Made by a program: the position numbers and the translations under genes. From NCBI RefSeq assembly GCF_009914755.1, contig NC_060938.1: a stretch of 64,000 nt of DNA; one strand, given 5' to 3'. The stretch is from the human T2T-CHM13v2.0 reference genome, Homo sapiens. This document shows, piece after piece, positions 13,940 to 29,002 of this stretch (position 1 is the stretch's first letter; every line of letters starts with the position of its first letter). The notes beneath the pieces are model-generated. The model worked only from the letters and a program-made list of their open reading frames with translations, was not told where the DNA came from and did no database searches.

Positions 13940-14371
13940 GGTGAAGTGGTGCAGTTAATTTACAAGACAGTTTTGCTATTTCTCAAAAAGTTAAACATAG
14001 AGTTACCATATGACCCAGTAATTCCATTCCTTGATATACACCCAAGAGAACTGAAAGCATATGCCTACACAAAAACTTGTGCACAAATGTTCGTAGCATC
14101 ATTATTCATAATAGCTGAAGGTAGAAACCACCCAAACGCCCGTCGATTAATGATAGATAAACAAAATGTATTAAATAGCACAGAAGGTCCTCCAATAACG
14201 TTGTTTCATTAGGATGTTGATGAGAAAAAAAAGATCAACTCCCAGCTGAAAGTTTGCATGTTCTCCCCACATCTGCATGGGTTTTCTCCAGGTACTCCAG
14301 TTTCCTTTTGCATTCCAAAGATGTGCACATTAGGTTCATTGGCATGTCTAAATTGTCCCAGAATGAGAGTG

Positions 14372-14420
<49 letters not shown>

Positions 14421-15130
14421 TGAGAGAGAGAGAGAGAGAGAGGCTTGCGATGGAATGATGTCCTGTTTGGGACTGGTTCCCTGTTGGCGTGCTGAGCAGC
14501 CAGATGGGCTCCAATCACCTGAGACCTTGAACTGGAGTAATGGGGCAAATAATTATCTTACTTGTTTTTATTAATCTTTTAAAAGTGTACATATAGCTCA
14601 CATTTATTTCCAAATTTAATATTAGAAGGATTTTTGCTCTTTATTTAGCAGTTTGGTGATGTTTTTGTGACCAGAAATGTGCTGGAGGAACTTTATTCTT
14701 GTTTATGTCAATTCCCTTATGGGAAAATTGGGGGTTTTTATACATTGTTTTGCTTAAAGGTTGCCGTTTCAAGAACCTATCAATGACAATAAGTGAGAAC
14801 TTACTGTATATCCACATAATGGAATATTATTCAGGCATAAAATAAATGAAGTACTGATAAAAGCCAAAATATGGATAACTCTAGAAAACATCATGCTATG
14901 TGAAAGAAGCCCGAAACAAAAGGCCACACACTGTATGATTCTATTTACATGAAATATTCAGAATAGGCAAATCCACAGAGACAGAAAGCAGATTAGTGGT
15001 TGCCAAGGGGAAATGAGGAGTGACTGCTTAATGGCTATGAACTTTCTTTTTGGGGTGATGAAAATGTTCTGTAATTAGTGGTTATGGTTATACAACTTTG
15101 TGAATGTGCTAAAAACCACTGAATTGTTAA
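13940..15130 (+). mobile_element. Old L1M (L1MB/MC-type) 3' end, interrupted by MER6
   Basis: aagttaaacatagagttaccatatgacccag..., acagaaagcagattagtggttgcc..., ttttggggtgatgaaaatgttct. Confidence 0.8.
14181..14806. mobile_element. MER6A-like TcMar-Tigger element containing a (TG)n(GA)n microsatellite (~14373-14442)
   Basis: Terminal inverted repeats cagaaggtcctccaataacgttgt ... caatgacaataagtgagaacttactg, then TA. Confidence 0.75.
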
Positions 15131-15324
15131 AGAAAATTCACTGCATGCTCTCTGAGAATACATACATTCTGAAAGTGTGGAAACCATCAGTAATGGACGT
15201 GTTGGTTAAATCCTACGGTATAGTAGCTAAAAGTGAAAAGGAACTTTTCCAAGCCTGTGAAAAGCAGTTAAATGTGGCTCCCACCTTCAGCATCCCAGAG
15301 AAGATGTACTCTTTAGATCTGCGT

Positions 15325-15515
15325 TTTTCAACTGAATGTTCTGAGATGATGGAAATGTTCTTTATCTGAGCTATTTAATATGGAAGCCACTAGGCATGTG
15401 TGGCTATTGGACACTTGAAATGTGATTAGTGCAATTTGAAGAACTGAATTTTAAATTGTGTTGAAATTTAAATAGCCACATGTGGTTAGAGGCTACCAAT
15501 ACAGCAGTGCAGCTC
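15325..15515. mobile_element. MER3-like hAT element
   Basis: gatgatggaaatgttc...agccactaggcatgtgtggctattggacacttgaaatgtg. Confidence 0.7.
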
Positions 15516-16039
15516 TTGCTGGCTTGGAGGACTAGCGCCATTTTAGTCGGCAGTTTGGAAGAATACTGGTGGTCATGGGTGTGGGTAAATCTGTGTCTTT
15601 ATGTCTCACACCCAGATCAACCCTGTATCCACTAGAAACCCTTCATAAGATCTCACAGCTCCCACTCTTCTCCTCTCTATAAACTCTTAATAAACTTCAG
15701 TCCATAAGAGAGGGTTTAGTTTTGTCTTTATGGCAAAGTACTTCTTCCACCCCACACATGTTTGTGGGCCAGGCATTTTTTGGAACATGCTAGGAACAGG
15801 AAGGATTGTAGACAATGACAGCCAAATTCTAAAGGGTTGGTCTTGAGAAAGGTGAGAGGAAAAAGGTACAAGAGAAATTCATTACAAAGACCCGGCCCTT
15901 TCCCTCCTTCCCTCCAACACCCCACTCTCAGACACACACAGACACACACTCCAACACTCAGACACACACACACACACACTTCCAAGTAGGAAATCTTGCT
16001 AGTAAGATGCTGAAGTGGTATTGAAGAATCTTTATTTAG

Positions 16040-16469
<430 letters not shown>

Positions 16470-18327
16470 GATGGAATGTAATGACTTTCCAATTGTTCTT
16501 CTATAATGTGGTGTCCTCACTGCAAGATTCATTTGTTGCACAAATATTTATTGGACTCATACGTATTTTGTGCCAGAACAGTCTCAACGGGTGTGGATAT
16601 AAAGGATGAAAGACAGAGTCACTGGACAACTTAGAGCCTGATGAGGAGGCACACAAAGAAACCATTCTACCACAGCTCTGCTTAGATGTGTAGGAAGCTT
16701 CGCTGAAAGCGCAGGGCAAGGAGCTGCCAAGGAGACACAGAAAAATCAGGGAAGGCTTCTCAGAGGAAGTGATATTTGAGGAATTTGAAGGATAAGTAAA
16801 AATTTCAAGTTGCTTTTATTTAATTCACCTTTATTGTGCACTTTCAAAAGTTAGATTTAAGGTAGCTTTTCAGGAGAAGTTTTAGGACCTAATGTTGGAA
16901 AGAATGCATTAACCTCAGGGTCTGTTTCAACATCTGTGACAATGTTTTGTATTGCTGATGAGGTTCTTAGCTGGACAGTCACTCTTGCTGCCCTCCAGAC
17001 TTATTCCTGAGAGGAAAACAAAATTAATAGAAGATAAGTCTTTCTGATATCAAGGAGTTTAAAATCTCTCGTGCTGTTGCAATATCCTTCTTACCGGTTT
17101 CTTGGGGGCTTATTTTCTTCTAATCCAATGTATCCCAAATTTCAGTCACTTACGTCCCATTGTCACCATTCTTACCATTTCCATGTATCATCTGCACAAT
17201 TATGTACTTAATTCCTTCTTCTTTGAATTGGCTTTCATTTTGCTCAGTTTTCCTAGAAAGGATTTTTGATATCATTATCATCAATGAAAAACCAGTGTCA
17301 TTTGCCATAAAGAGATCATTAACCATAAAAATCATACAATAAAAACAAAACTACACTATTTAATCTTGGCTGGATATTGTTGGTTGCTGAAGGTTCTGAG
17401 TTTGAGGCCCTGCTCTTTCTTTGATGAAAAGGGAGGTTACCAAGCCTTGGAGAGACATGAAACACATACAGGCACCAAATGGATCATTTCTCCTCAAGTT
17501 AATCAAACAGACTAAAAGAGAATTTTAAAGAGAATAACTCTCTCACTATATGAGCCAATGAAATTCAATTTCCCTTTTGCATACCACTTAGAACCAGCTC
17601 TTGCACCAAGTAAAATCAGTTTGTCGTGGGTACCACACTTGTAAACATTGCTCTGATCCCCCCCCTCTCATAGCGATTGGAATGATCTAATACATAAATA
17701 TCATCATTTCTCTCTCCTATTAAAATTCCTTCAATGGCTCTTTATTACTTATGGGAAAAATCTTAGTTCCTTATGATGAGATACAAGATCCTCCTTAATT
17801 AGCCTTAGCCTACTTCTCCATCTTTAACTTCTGTCATCCTCCTCTTTAACTTCCCATTCCACCAATGATGATCTATTTCTAGTTCCCAGAACGTACCAAT
17901 ACCATCACGTTTCTGTGCCTTTGAACATACTCTTCCCTTTACCCAGTGTGCTATTCATCAACTAGTCATCCTTATCATCTTCCATTTCTCTTCTCTGCTT
18001 ATTTGTATTTATCTGCCCAATACCATATGCACACCACCAACAATAACTACAGTATAACAGCATTCCTATGGAAACACCTGCCCCTTTCTTCTGGGGGATC
18101 CTCCTCCACTGTCTCCAAGCACATGATTTTAGCAGGAACTGATAAGTTCTCATGTGACTTCATATTCCTGACCACAGCTGATTGTCCTACATGTGGGCAA
18201 CCCAACCAAGGTGAACCGATCAGATTTCCTGAGAATTTCATACCAAGAACAGCACATTGGAGTTATTCTTTCTCTGTTTTAAGATGCAGAGAGAAACTGA
18301 GGCAAGTAAAGTAGACATTGTCTACTC

Positions 18328-18669
18328 CAGGGGTCTCTAACCCCCAGGCCACAGACAAGTACTGGTCCATGGCCTGTTAGGAACTGGGCCACTCAGCAGG
18401 AGGTGAGCAGCAGGTGAGTGAGAATTATTGCCTGAGCTCCACCTCCTGTCAGATCAGTGGTTTAGATTCTCATAGGAGGGCTACCCCTATTGTGAACTGT
18501 GCATGCGAGGGATCTAGGTTGTGTGTTCCTTATGAGAGTCTAATGCCTGATGATCTGAGATGAACAGTTTCATCCTGAAACCACCCCCCTTTCCCCCACC
18601 CCTGCTACCATGGAAAAAATTGTTTTCCAAGAAACCAGTCCCTGGTGCCAAAAAGGTTGGGGACCACTG
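18328..18669. mobile_element. MER1B (hAT-Charlie)
   Basis: caggggtctctaacccc ... gtgccaaaaaggttggggaccactg termini, ~340 bp. Confidence 0.85.
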
Positions 18670-19037
18670 CTCTAATACACTTGTGCTGAAGACCCGCTAT
18701 TTCCTTGCCCTTCCTTCCTTTAGGTCATTCAGCTTTTCCTTTTATTTTGTGAAAGCAATTCCATTTTCCTTACAATTAAGTCTCTTTTTCTTAAACTAGT
18801 TTGAGTTGAGTTTCTGTCACTTGCACCCAAGTGTCCTAATACATTCCTAATTGTCCTTGAGGTCCCAACAAATGCTACTCCTTTGTGAAGGCTTCCCTGA
18901 CTCCCCCAGTCTCACAAAGGTGCCCCTTCTCTTATGCCATCCTGCATTTTGTTACACCAGACCCCCTTTTTAGCAACTGTCTTCGCGATCTTGACATTTT
19001 TGTGTGGGGAATAGTGTGTGCTGTCCCTGTCACCTAT

Positions 19038-19112
19038 TTTGAGTATTTCATTAAACACACTGATGGGAAGCAGGATTTGAGTATTTCATTAAACACACTG
19101 ATGGGAAGCAGG
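19038..19112. repeat. Perfect tandem duplication, period 38
   Basis: tttgagtatttcattaaacacactgatgggaagcagg x2. Confidence 0.95.
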
Positions 19113-19908
19113 TTAACAACCCATTAACATTACGCTTTCAAAGAAGTCAATATGTACCAAGAAAAAGTTTTGTTTAACTATTATTAGCTGCTCCACTGTG
19201 AATATTTTTTTTAAACTAAGCTTAATCTTTAAAAGGACCTCAAGGATCTACCAACCACAAGGAGTTCTTCTCTCCTGCCCTTCCAGGACGGAATTAGAAA
19301 TGTAGAGGCTCATGACCATGATCCCACAAATAGCAACCACCAGGACAGAGGCAGCACCTGGAGATGAGGGCAGAAACTGACGAGCACATGGAAGGGAGGG
19401 TCAGAGAAAAAGGGAGATCTGAGAGAAAAGAAACCCTGGGAGTTCCACCTGTCACCGAATCTCTCTGAATTAAAAGACAGCTTCATAAAAAATAAATAAT
19501 GTCTTCCACCACCCATGAATTTACATCTGTGATCATAGTTAGCTAAATAAGATTGAATTCTTTTAGGAAATTGATTGAACCTTTGTACCCTCTCAGGTGT
19601 TACTAGCATGACACAGAAGTCACATCTGTTTGCACATTTGTCTCATGTCTAGACTGGAAACTTTTTTAGAGAAGAGATTCTTCCAATTTTTGAGATGTTG
19701 TTGAGCATCTCCCATAGGACCCAGCACTTAGCCCACCCTTGAGCTGGACTTTGATGATTTTAGCCTATATTTTGTAGGAATGCTTTCCAGCTGCAAGTAT
19801 CAGAATAACCAGCTATAGTAACTCACAGAGTAAAGAAATTTCATTACCTGACCTGAACAGTCTGGACATTAGAAGTCCCAGAGTATCTTGTTTAATAATG
19901 GCAAAAGG

Positions 19909-20244
<336 letters not shown>

Positions 20245-21375
20245 CTAGGCTTTTTGTCTCTTTATCTTTGGCTTGTTGCCTTGTGATTGCAAAATGGCTG
20301 CCACAGCTCCAGGTATCTCATCTTTAGAAAGCTTATTTAAGGAAAGAAGAAAGTGATCTGGGCTGGAAAAGAGGCTTTTTTTTTAATATCAGGGAGGAAA
20401 ATCTTTCTAAAACACCTCCTCCCAACCTGGTAAATTCTCACTTATATCTCAGTGGCTAGGACTGAATCACATGGCCATGCCTAGTTGCAAGAGAGACGGG
20501 AAAACTAGTTTAGTATCTGACTTTTCCAGCCTCAGGAATAAAAAGTAGGTGTATTACTGGCAATGCTGCCCTTAAACCAAACAAATGGAGGCCTGGCCCA
20601 GGATCCAGGCCTCAGGGGTTCTACGCTTTGTGACACCAGCTGGGGCTGACAGTGCTATCTGGGTGGGTGACCCTGAGCCTGGATCAAGACCCAAATGCAA
20701 CGTCCTCACTTCTGTTCCCATTTTTTCACCTCGGAGCACTCTTCACCCACTATCACTCGTGGAGTTGACCAGAGACCCCGAGAAGCTCTTGGATTCATAT
20801 CTATGGGATCTTTTTGGTATCTTGTGGATGGATTCTTCATCCAGGAGGACTGCCTGGAGTGTGGATTGCCTCACTGGCCTGTGAATTATTTCTTTTGTTA
20901 GATCGCACAAGATTGAGCTGCCAGAATCGTGCTGGGGTGCTGATTTGGAGTGATTCTCACTCACATCACACACAGGATGAGTTCGAGGCTCTGAACTATT
21001 GATAGTTCTCTGTTCCCTGCTAACCTTCCGTGTGAGCTGCATGTGTGGGCCCATGCCCTTGTTTTAACTGGCTATATTTCAAATGCAAGGCCACCTCTGG
21101 ACCTGAGGGCAGCTGGGTTGGGGGAGACATCCTTTACCCTGTGCTGGGACCCAGGGCAGTTACCCTCTACCCCGTGGGCGCCCCACCAGTTCCCTAGGGA
21201 CAGTCATACCTATTTCCGTCCAGGGCTTTCCAGGCCATCACCCCACAATGCCAATAAGCCCTTCTGGTCCATGTACCCTCTCACTTCTGATCAATGGGGT
21301 GAGATAATTCTCTTGTTGGTCAGTCTTAATCTTTGTGGAAAGGGATACACATTCCTTGCATGAATGAAATTACTC

Positions 21376-21679
21376 TTTTTTTTTTTTTTTTTTAAAGAGA
21401 CAGGGTCTCATTCTGTTTCCTGGGCTAGAGTGCAGTAGTGCCGTCATAGCTCACTGCAATCTCGAATGCTGGGCTCAAGCGATCCTCCCGCCTCAACCCC
21501 TTTGAGTAGCTGGGATTATAAGTGTGTGTCACCACATCTGGCTACTTTTTAATTTATTTGTAGAGACAGGGTCTCACTATGTTGCCCAGGCTGGTCTCCA
21601 AGTCCTGGCCTTCAGTGATCCTCCTGTGTCAGCCTCCCAGAGCACTGGGATTACAGGTGTGAGCCATTGTGGATGGCCC
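21376..21679 (-). mobile_element. AluJ
   Basis: Diverged dimer with J diagnostics. Confidence 0.9.
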
Positions 21680-22369
21680 GAGACTGCTCTTCCTGTTTGT
21701 TCTATTGTCTCCACCAGTGGCAGTGTATGGAAGGCAGGGGTTTAGCCAACAACCAGAGAACATCCTCTGGGAATGCAGTGGTTAGAACCTAAAGATCTCT
21801 AAAGATCTCTCGAGCTCGTTGGAAGGGGTGTTGTTCTTGATAGGGTTGCTGGGAGATTCAAATGAGATTGTGCACCAGAGAATCCTCTGTAATCTACAGT
21901 GTTACACACAGATATTAGTTATTTTATTCCCATTTGACAGACAAGAAAACCAGAAAAGAGGAAAGTTAAACTCCTCCCGTGACAGAAAGGCCCCATGGGA
22001 GTGCTGCTGGGAAGGGAAGCTCTGGTTTCAGATGACCTGGGATGGCTCACTCAGCTCTGCCAGCTTCTAGCTGGGCCATCCTGGGTCAGTTTCTGAGCCC
22101 TAGTTCCATAGTTACTAAGTGGGGAGAACAATCCACCTATGTCTGAGGGTTTTGGTGAGCATTAAGTATGCCTGGAACTTGATAAATATTAGCAGGTACT
22201 CAACAAATATTAACTGCTATTATTATTTTATTACACAGATATTTGTAGGACAGCCACAGGTCTCCTGGGCCACAGCCCTGCTGTGCACTAGAAATGAGTT
22301 ATGAAAAAGTACTTCCAAAATGAGATTGCCAGAGGCTGCAGCGGTATGTTAGATTGCTTGGCATTGGAG

Positions 22370-22620
22370 AGGCAATACAGCAGATGGGAAACATTACAGA
22401 CTCAGGAGCCAGGAGGCCTGGATTTGGATCCTGACTCATTCACTTAATCATTAAATCATTTAACAGGTCTTTGGCAAGTTACTTAGCCTCTCTGTGCCTC
22501 GGTTTCTTCATTTCTGAAATGGGGATATTAGCACCCACCTTATAGGTTCTTATGAGGATTGAATGAGTTAATGTACATCAAGTGTTTAGGACAGTGCCTG
22601 GGTCATAGTGTTAGGAATTA
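22370..22620 (+). mobile_element. MIR
   Basis: ggcaagttacttagcctctctgtgcctcggtttcttcatttctgaaatgggg core. Confidence 0.85.
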
Positions 22621-22682
22621 TTGGATGCTATGAATTTTATTATTTTGAATTCATTTAAAATTCAAAACAAACTTTGCTCTTA

Positions 22683-23054
<372 letters not shown>

Positions 23055-24534
23055 TTATTTCAGGAAACCTGCATTTTAGTGATTAAAAAAAAAAAGAAAA
23101 AAAAGGTAGGCACAAAGATATACTCTCTGTCTTTGTACCTTTGCTTGCGTTGTTCCCTTTGCCTGAAATCCCTCCTTTTAGACCCATAAAACTATCACAT
23201 ATTGTCCACTCTCCCAGAGGCCAGGACTCATTCTATCACACTCTTGTCCCCCAAGCAAGACCCATGGCTCCTTTTTACTTCTCTGTGTAATTCTTGACAT
23301 GTTCAATAAATGTTTCTCGAATGGAAACGTGAAAGAAAGTAAGAGACATTATTTTCAATTCTTGCAGTTTGCGAATGCAACACTGTAGTTCATAGTGGAC
23401 TAATGTCCTCCCTCTCAGAGAATGAAGGGATTGGCAGAGTGACTTGAGGAGATGGTGCCAGTCTCAACAGTAGGAGGGAAAAACACAAAGAATAACAAAC
23501 AGCCCAGTCTTTCACTAAAAGGGGCTCCATCCTCCAACACCATGTTTTCCTGGATTGGGGAGAAGTAGTAGCATAGGGTGACCCAGAGGGGGACTGTGGA
23601 CTCAGGGCAACCTCTGTATGATTCCAATTCTGTTATCCAATGGCTGTTTAACCCTAGAACCAAACATCTCTGAGCCTGTTTTCTTGCCTGTAAAATGAGA
23701 GTAATACCGGCCCCAAAGTGTAACTTTGATGATGAAATGAGATAATAGTGCAATGCCTGGCACTTAGGGAATGCTTAATTAATGTTTTTTTAAATGAATG
23801 AAGAGGGCTTTTAAAGAAAGTGCTATTGTTGAGGGAGACTGCTATCCTTGAAAGCACAGAATTGCTTGATGCTATGCACTGTTTGTCGCAGATCAGTGAT
23901 TGATTCTCCAATCTTCACGGGGCCACCTCCTCAGACTCTCAGTCCAGAGTTGAACCACAACCAATAAGTCTGGGAGGCAGGATTTGGAACCCTCCTTCCC
24001 AAATCCTTCTCCTCTCCAGCTGGCACAGAAACACTCCACATTTGCAGCTTCCACAGCAATTACGAGAACCTACACCCTTTTATTGTTTGACATTCCCTAG
24101 CGATGGAGCAATCACATGATTTTCACAGGAAAAACAACTCTGGGATCGGAGACAGTCTGGATTGAGCCATGAACTTTCTGGTCCCTGTGTCTGAGTTCCC
24201 AGAGAGAAAAGACATTTGATGCTGGCAGGACGAGGGCTGAGCTGGACAAAAAACACAGCCAGCACATGCTCATAGCAGGCTGGCCAACTGAGCAGGTTGC
24301 ATTTCAGGATTAAAAACAGTAACGATCCTAACAAAATAGAAGCTCATATATACTGAGTGCTAAGTACCAGGTACAGACATCGTCAAGCTGAATCATCACC
24401 ACAATCCAAGATGAAGATTTTGTTATCTTCATTACATCAAGGGGGAGAAGTCAAGGGCTTAGATGGCATTTCACCCCTTTTGCACTCCCCAGAGCCTACG
24501 TGTTTATCCTCTAGCTCCACGTCTACCTGTAGCA

Positions 24535-24840
24535 GCAGCGTTTCCAAGCTCTTTGCACACAAATCTCCTGGAGATCTTGGAATGCAGATTCTGAGATTCT
24601 GCATTTCTAACGAGCTTCCAGGGAATGCTGCTGGTCCAGGGCCTTTAGTTGCAAGGGTTGGACCGGTGGTCTCAACCTTGGTTGCACATTGGACTCACCT
24701 GAAAGCTTTCCACATACTGATGCCTTGGCCGCATCCTGGAGAGTCTGATTTTGTTGGTCTGGGGTGCAGCTCTGGCACAGCATTTCTAAAGCCCTCCCGT
24801 TGAAGGAATATGCAGCCAGGGCTGAGACCACGGTTCTGGA
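24535..24840. mobile_element. Adjacent MER5-family (hAT-Charlie) fragments
   Basis: ctgagattctgcatttctaacgagcttcc; gtggtctcaaccttggttgcacattggactcacctg. Confidence 0.65.
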
Positions 24841-25676
24841 GGGAGGTAATATCTGCAGGTTCTTGAGGATACTCCATTACCCTGAGCTCCCCTTTCCCAA
24901 CCACAGGGACATCCATGGCTGGGCTTCAAGGACGCCCTTGAAGAGGCCTCTCCCAGAAAACTCCAAGCCCATGAAAAGGCCAGAGCCACCACCTGTTTCC
25001 TTGAAATAGTTAGCAGCTGTGCTGGGTGACCTCATCGCTCTGGCTCTGCCTCAGGCCAAGCTGCGATCTGAAAAGCCCTCCTCCCAAGTCGGGGCTCTCC
25101 TTGTGTTGGGGGCAGAGCGGGAAGAGCCGCAGCTCAGGAGGAGCTGCAGGTTGATGGCAGAGCCCGTCTGGGGCTAGTGGGAAGAATGAGAGTGCAGGGA
25201 GGGGGCACCCCAAGGGACTTCACAATGGGCAGTCCCTGGGGTGTGACGCCATGGCTGTGAGCGCAGCTGACTGCCTCACCCCTGGCTTCCTCCATTGCTC
25301 ACCCTCCCCAAACACTTGGGAACTGATGAAATCACGAGGGGGTTCTTGTCCCCCTCCTGTAAGTGATGCATAAACAAACAAACATTGAAGTATGCAAGTA
25401 AAAATGCAAAGCCCATTTCTTTTTTCCCGTTTCCAAGAGGTAATCACCTATAGCAGCTGGGCTTATGTCCTTCCAAATCTTTTCTATACATCAGTGTGTG
25501 TATTTCTACACACAAACATACATATGCAATCCTGTTTTATAAACAAAAATGCATCATAGAATATAAGTCCAAACACTATCTTGCATATTTTTTCCATGCA
25601 GTTATATATACTTACCAATTGTTTTAGTGTCTGGAAACTTGTCTGGAAATCAGAATCTCTCAGGGGTGCTTTTTAA

Positions 25677-26206
<530 letters not shown>

Positions 26207-26580
26207 TAGTTTGTTTTCAGCCTTTTTCTTCATGCTACAAACAATACTACAAACATACACGCATCGTGCAGATCCCCATGTGTGTTTCTGTAGGATAATT
26301 CCCTAGGATTGGATGGCTAAGTGCAAGGCTTGCCTGGAACTTCTTTTCCCCTCTAAGACTGCTCGTATTTGAATCATGGAACCTCATAGCAGGACAGAAC
26401 CTTAAAATCTGTGTAAAGACCAATACTGTCCTCCTATAGAAATATAATGTACGTTATACATATAATTTGAAACTTTCAGTAGCTACATTAATTTTAATAA
26501 TATATTTTTACTTAACCTAATATATCAAATCTATTATGATCTGAACATATAATCAAACAAAAAGTATTAATGAAAGTACT

Positions 26581-27433
26581 TGCTATGGTCTGAATGTTTG
26601 TTTCTCCTCAAAATTTATATGTTGAAATCCTAACCTCCAAAGTGATGGTGTTAGAAAGTGGGGCCTTTGGGAGGTGATTAGGTCATGAGGGTGGGGCCCT
26701 CAGAATGGGGTTAGAGCCCTTATAGGAAAGGCCTGTAATCCTAGCACTCAGGAGGCTAAGGCAGGAGGATCACTTGAGGCCAGCAGTTGGAGATCAGCCG
26801 GGGCAACATAGCAAAACTACATCTCTATGAAAATAAATAAATACATAAATAATTTTTTTTAAAAAGAGGCCTGAGGCCAGGTGTGGTGGCTCACACCTGT
26901 AATAGCAGCACTTTGGGAGGCCGAGGTGGGCGGATCACCTGAGGTCAGGAGTTTGAGACCAGCCTGGCCAACATGGTGAAACCCCATCTCTACTAAAAAT
27001 ACAAAAATTAGCCGGGCCTAGTGGTGTGTACCTGTAATCCCAGCTACTCAAGAGTCTGAGGCAGGAGAATCACTTGAGCTCAGGAGGCCGAGGTGGGAGA
27101 ATGGCTGCTTGAATCAGGGAGGCGGAGATTGCAATGAGCCATGATCACACCACTCACCACTGCACTCCTGCCTGGATAACAGAGCGAGACTCTGATTCAA
27201 AAAAAAAAAAAAAGAGGACTGAGAGAGACTCCCTCACCCCTTCTACCATGTAAGGATAGAAAGAAAAGGTGCCATCTGTGAAACAGAAAGTGGGCCCTTG
27301 TCAGGCACAGAATCTGCTAGGGGCCCTGATCTTGGACTTTCCAGCCTCTAGAACTGTGAGAAATAAATTTCTGTTGTTTATAAGCTACCCAGTTTGTGGT
27401 ACTTTGTTATAGCAGCCTGCGTGGACTAAAACA
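26581..27433 (+). mobile_element. ERVL-MaLR solo LTR (MLT1A/MST type) interrupted by an Alu monomer (~26730-26850) and an AluS (26875-27212)
   Basis: TG...CA termini (tgctatggtctgaatg ... ggactaaaaca); aaataaatttctgttgtttataagc; Alu TSD aaagagg(c/a)ctga. Confidence 0.85.
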
Positions 27434-28690
27434 ATATTGTCCATCTGCTTTTCCTGTGAAGTCTTTGGAGACTGTGTGGGTTTTACACTTAGAGCATGCC
27501 TCACTGGCACCAGCCACATGGGACAAGTAACTGTTGTATGCGGTAGCGCAGATCTAAACCTTTTATTTTACTTGGAGAATATTCATAGGGGACAGGAATA
27601 AATCATGGAGCAGCTACGATCTACTTGTCCCCGAATAAGCACTTAACATCCATTATTGTTACTGTGCCCTTGAGTTGCTGCCCGGAGTCCCTGTCCATTG
27701 CTGCGGTTTGGAATTATCCCTCTCTGCCTGCAGAGCTGCAGACGTGGCAGGAGAGAGTTGGGAGGGTGGGGCAGGGTGCAGGCAGAGTTCTGGACAGGGA
27801 TGCAGGGCAGCGACTGGGTGAGTGAAGCAGCTTCTTTGTGAGCCCTCGTAGAAGTTTGGGGATGGGGGCAGTTTAAGGAAGGCAGGGCATGGGTAATTAT
27901 GATGCTCATTATTTCAACTTGAGGTCTGTAATTTGCCAGCATCACACAGCCACAACACAGAGGCAGAAATGGAATAGAATCTTCAGATTCCAGAGCCCAT
28001 GCTTCTCTTTTATCCCATAGATGTCTCCAAGACAGTCATTCAAAGTCTATCCTTACATTAGTGATGCACGGAGAGCTGTAAACAAATTAAGTGAATGATT
28101 ACAAGTCACATTGTCAAACTATTCTGAACGGTGTCCCATTCCGCAGACTTGTGGTTAAAAACACACGCGCTGAGGTCCCCTGGTGGAAGTCAGAATTATT
28201 ACAAGGGGCAGGCAAATGGGTTTGTGGCTTTCCTAGTTCATTACCTGAATACATAAAAATAGGACATTACATGAATGTCCTTCAATTTTTTTTTTCAAAA
28301 AGGACCTAATATATGGCAAATACTGGAACCACTGCAATACATTCTCCCATCTCAGACTGTCAGAGGGACAGTCACAAAGAGATCCTAGCTGCAGGTTCTG
28401 CTTCAGTTATATCATTTTTTGGGTAAGTATGTTCAGCTGTACATGGTTATAGCTCAGTTTCTACTACGTGTGTTAATGTGCCTGTTCTCCAGCTAGATTG
28501 TCAGCTGATCAAAGGAAAGACTCGAACCCCTAGTTTAAGGCCCTGCACATTCTGGGTTCTTAAATGATGATCAACGACATTAAATAAATGTTGTTGATTG
28601 CCTGAGTAAAATGATATACGAGCACAAAATGAATTTGGTATTAATAATGGATATCTATGGCTTTTGCCTGCTCAGGGTCCCCCCCTCACC

Positions 28691-29002
<312 letters not shown>

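Noticed and set aside
28519-28528. Pol III B-box-like GGTTCGAGTC on minus
   Set aside because: No A-box or cloverleaf; lies in decayed repeat-like sequence
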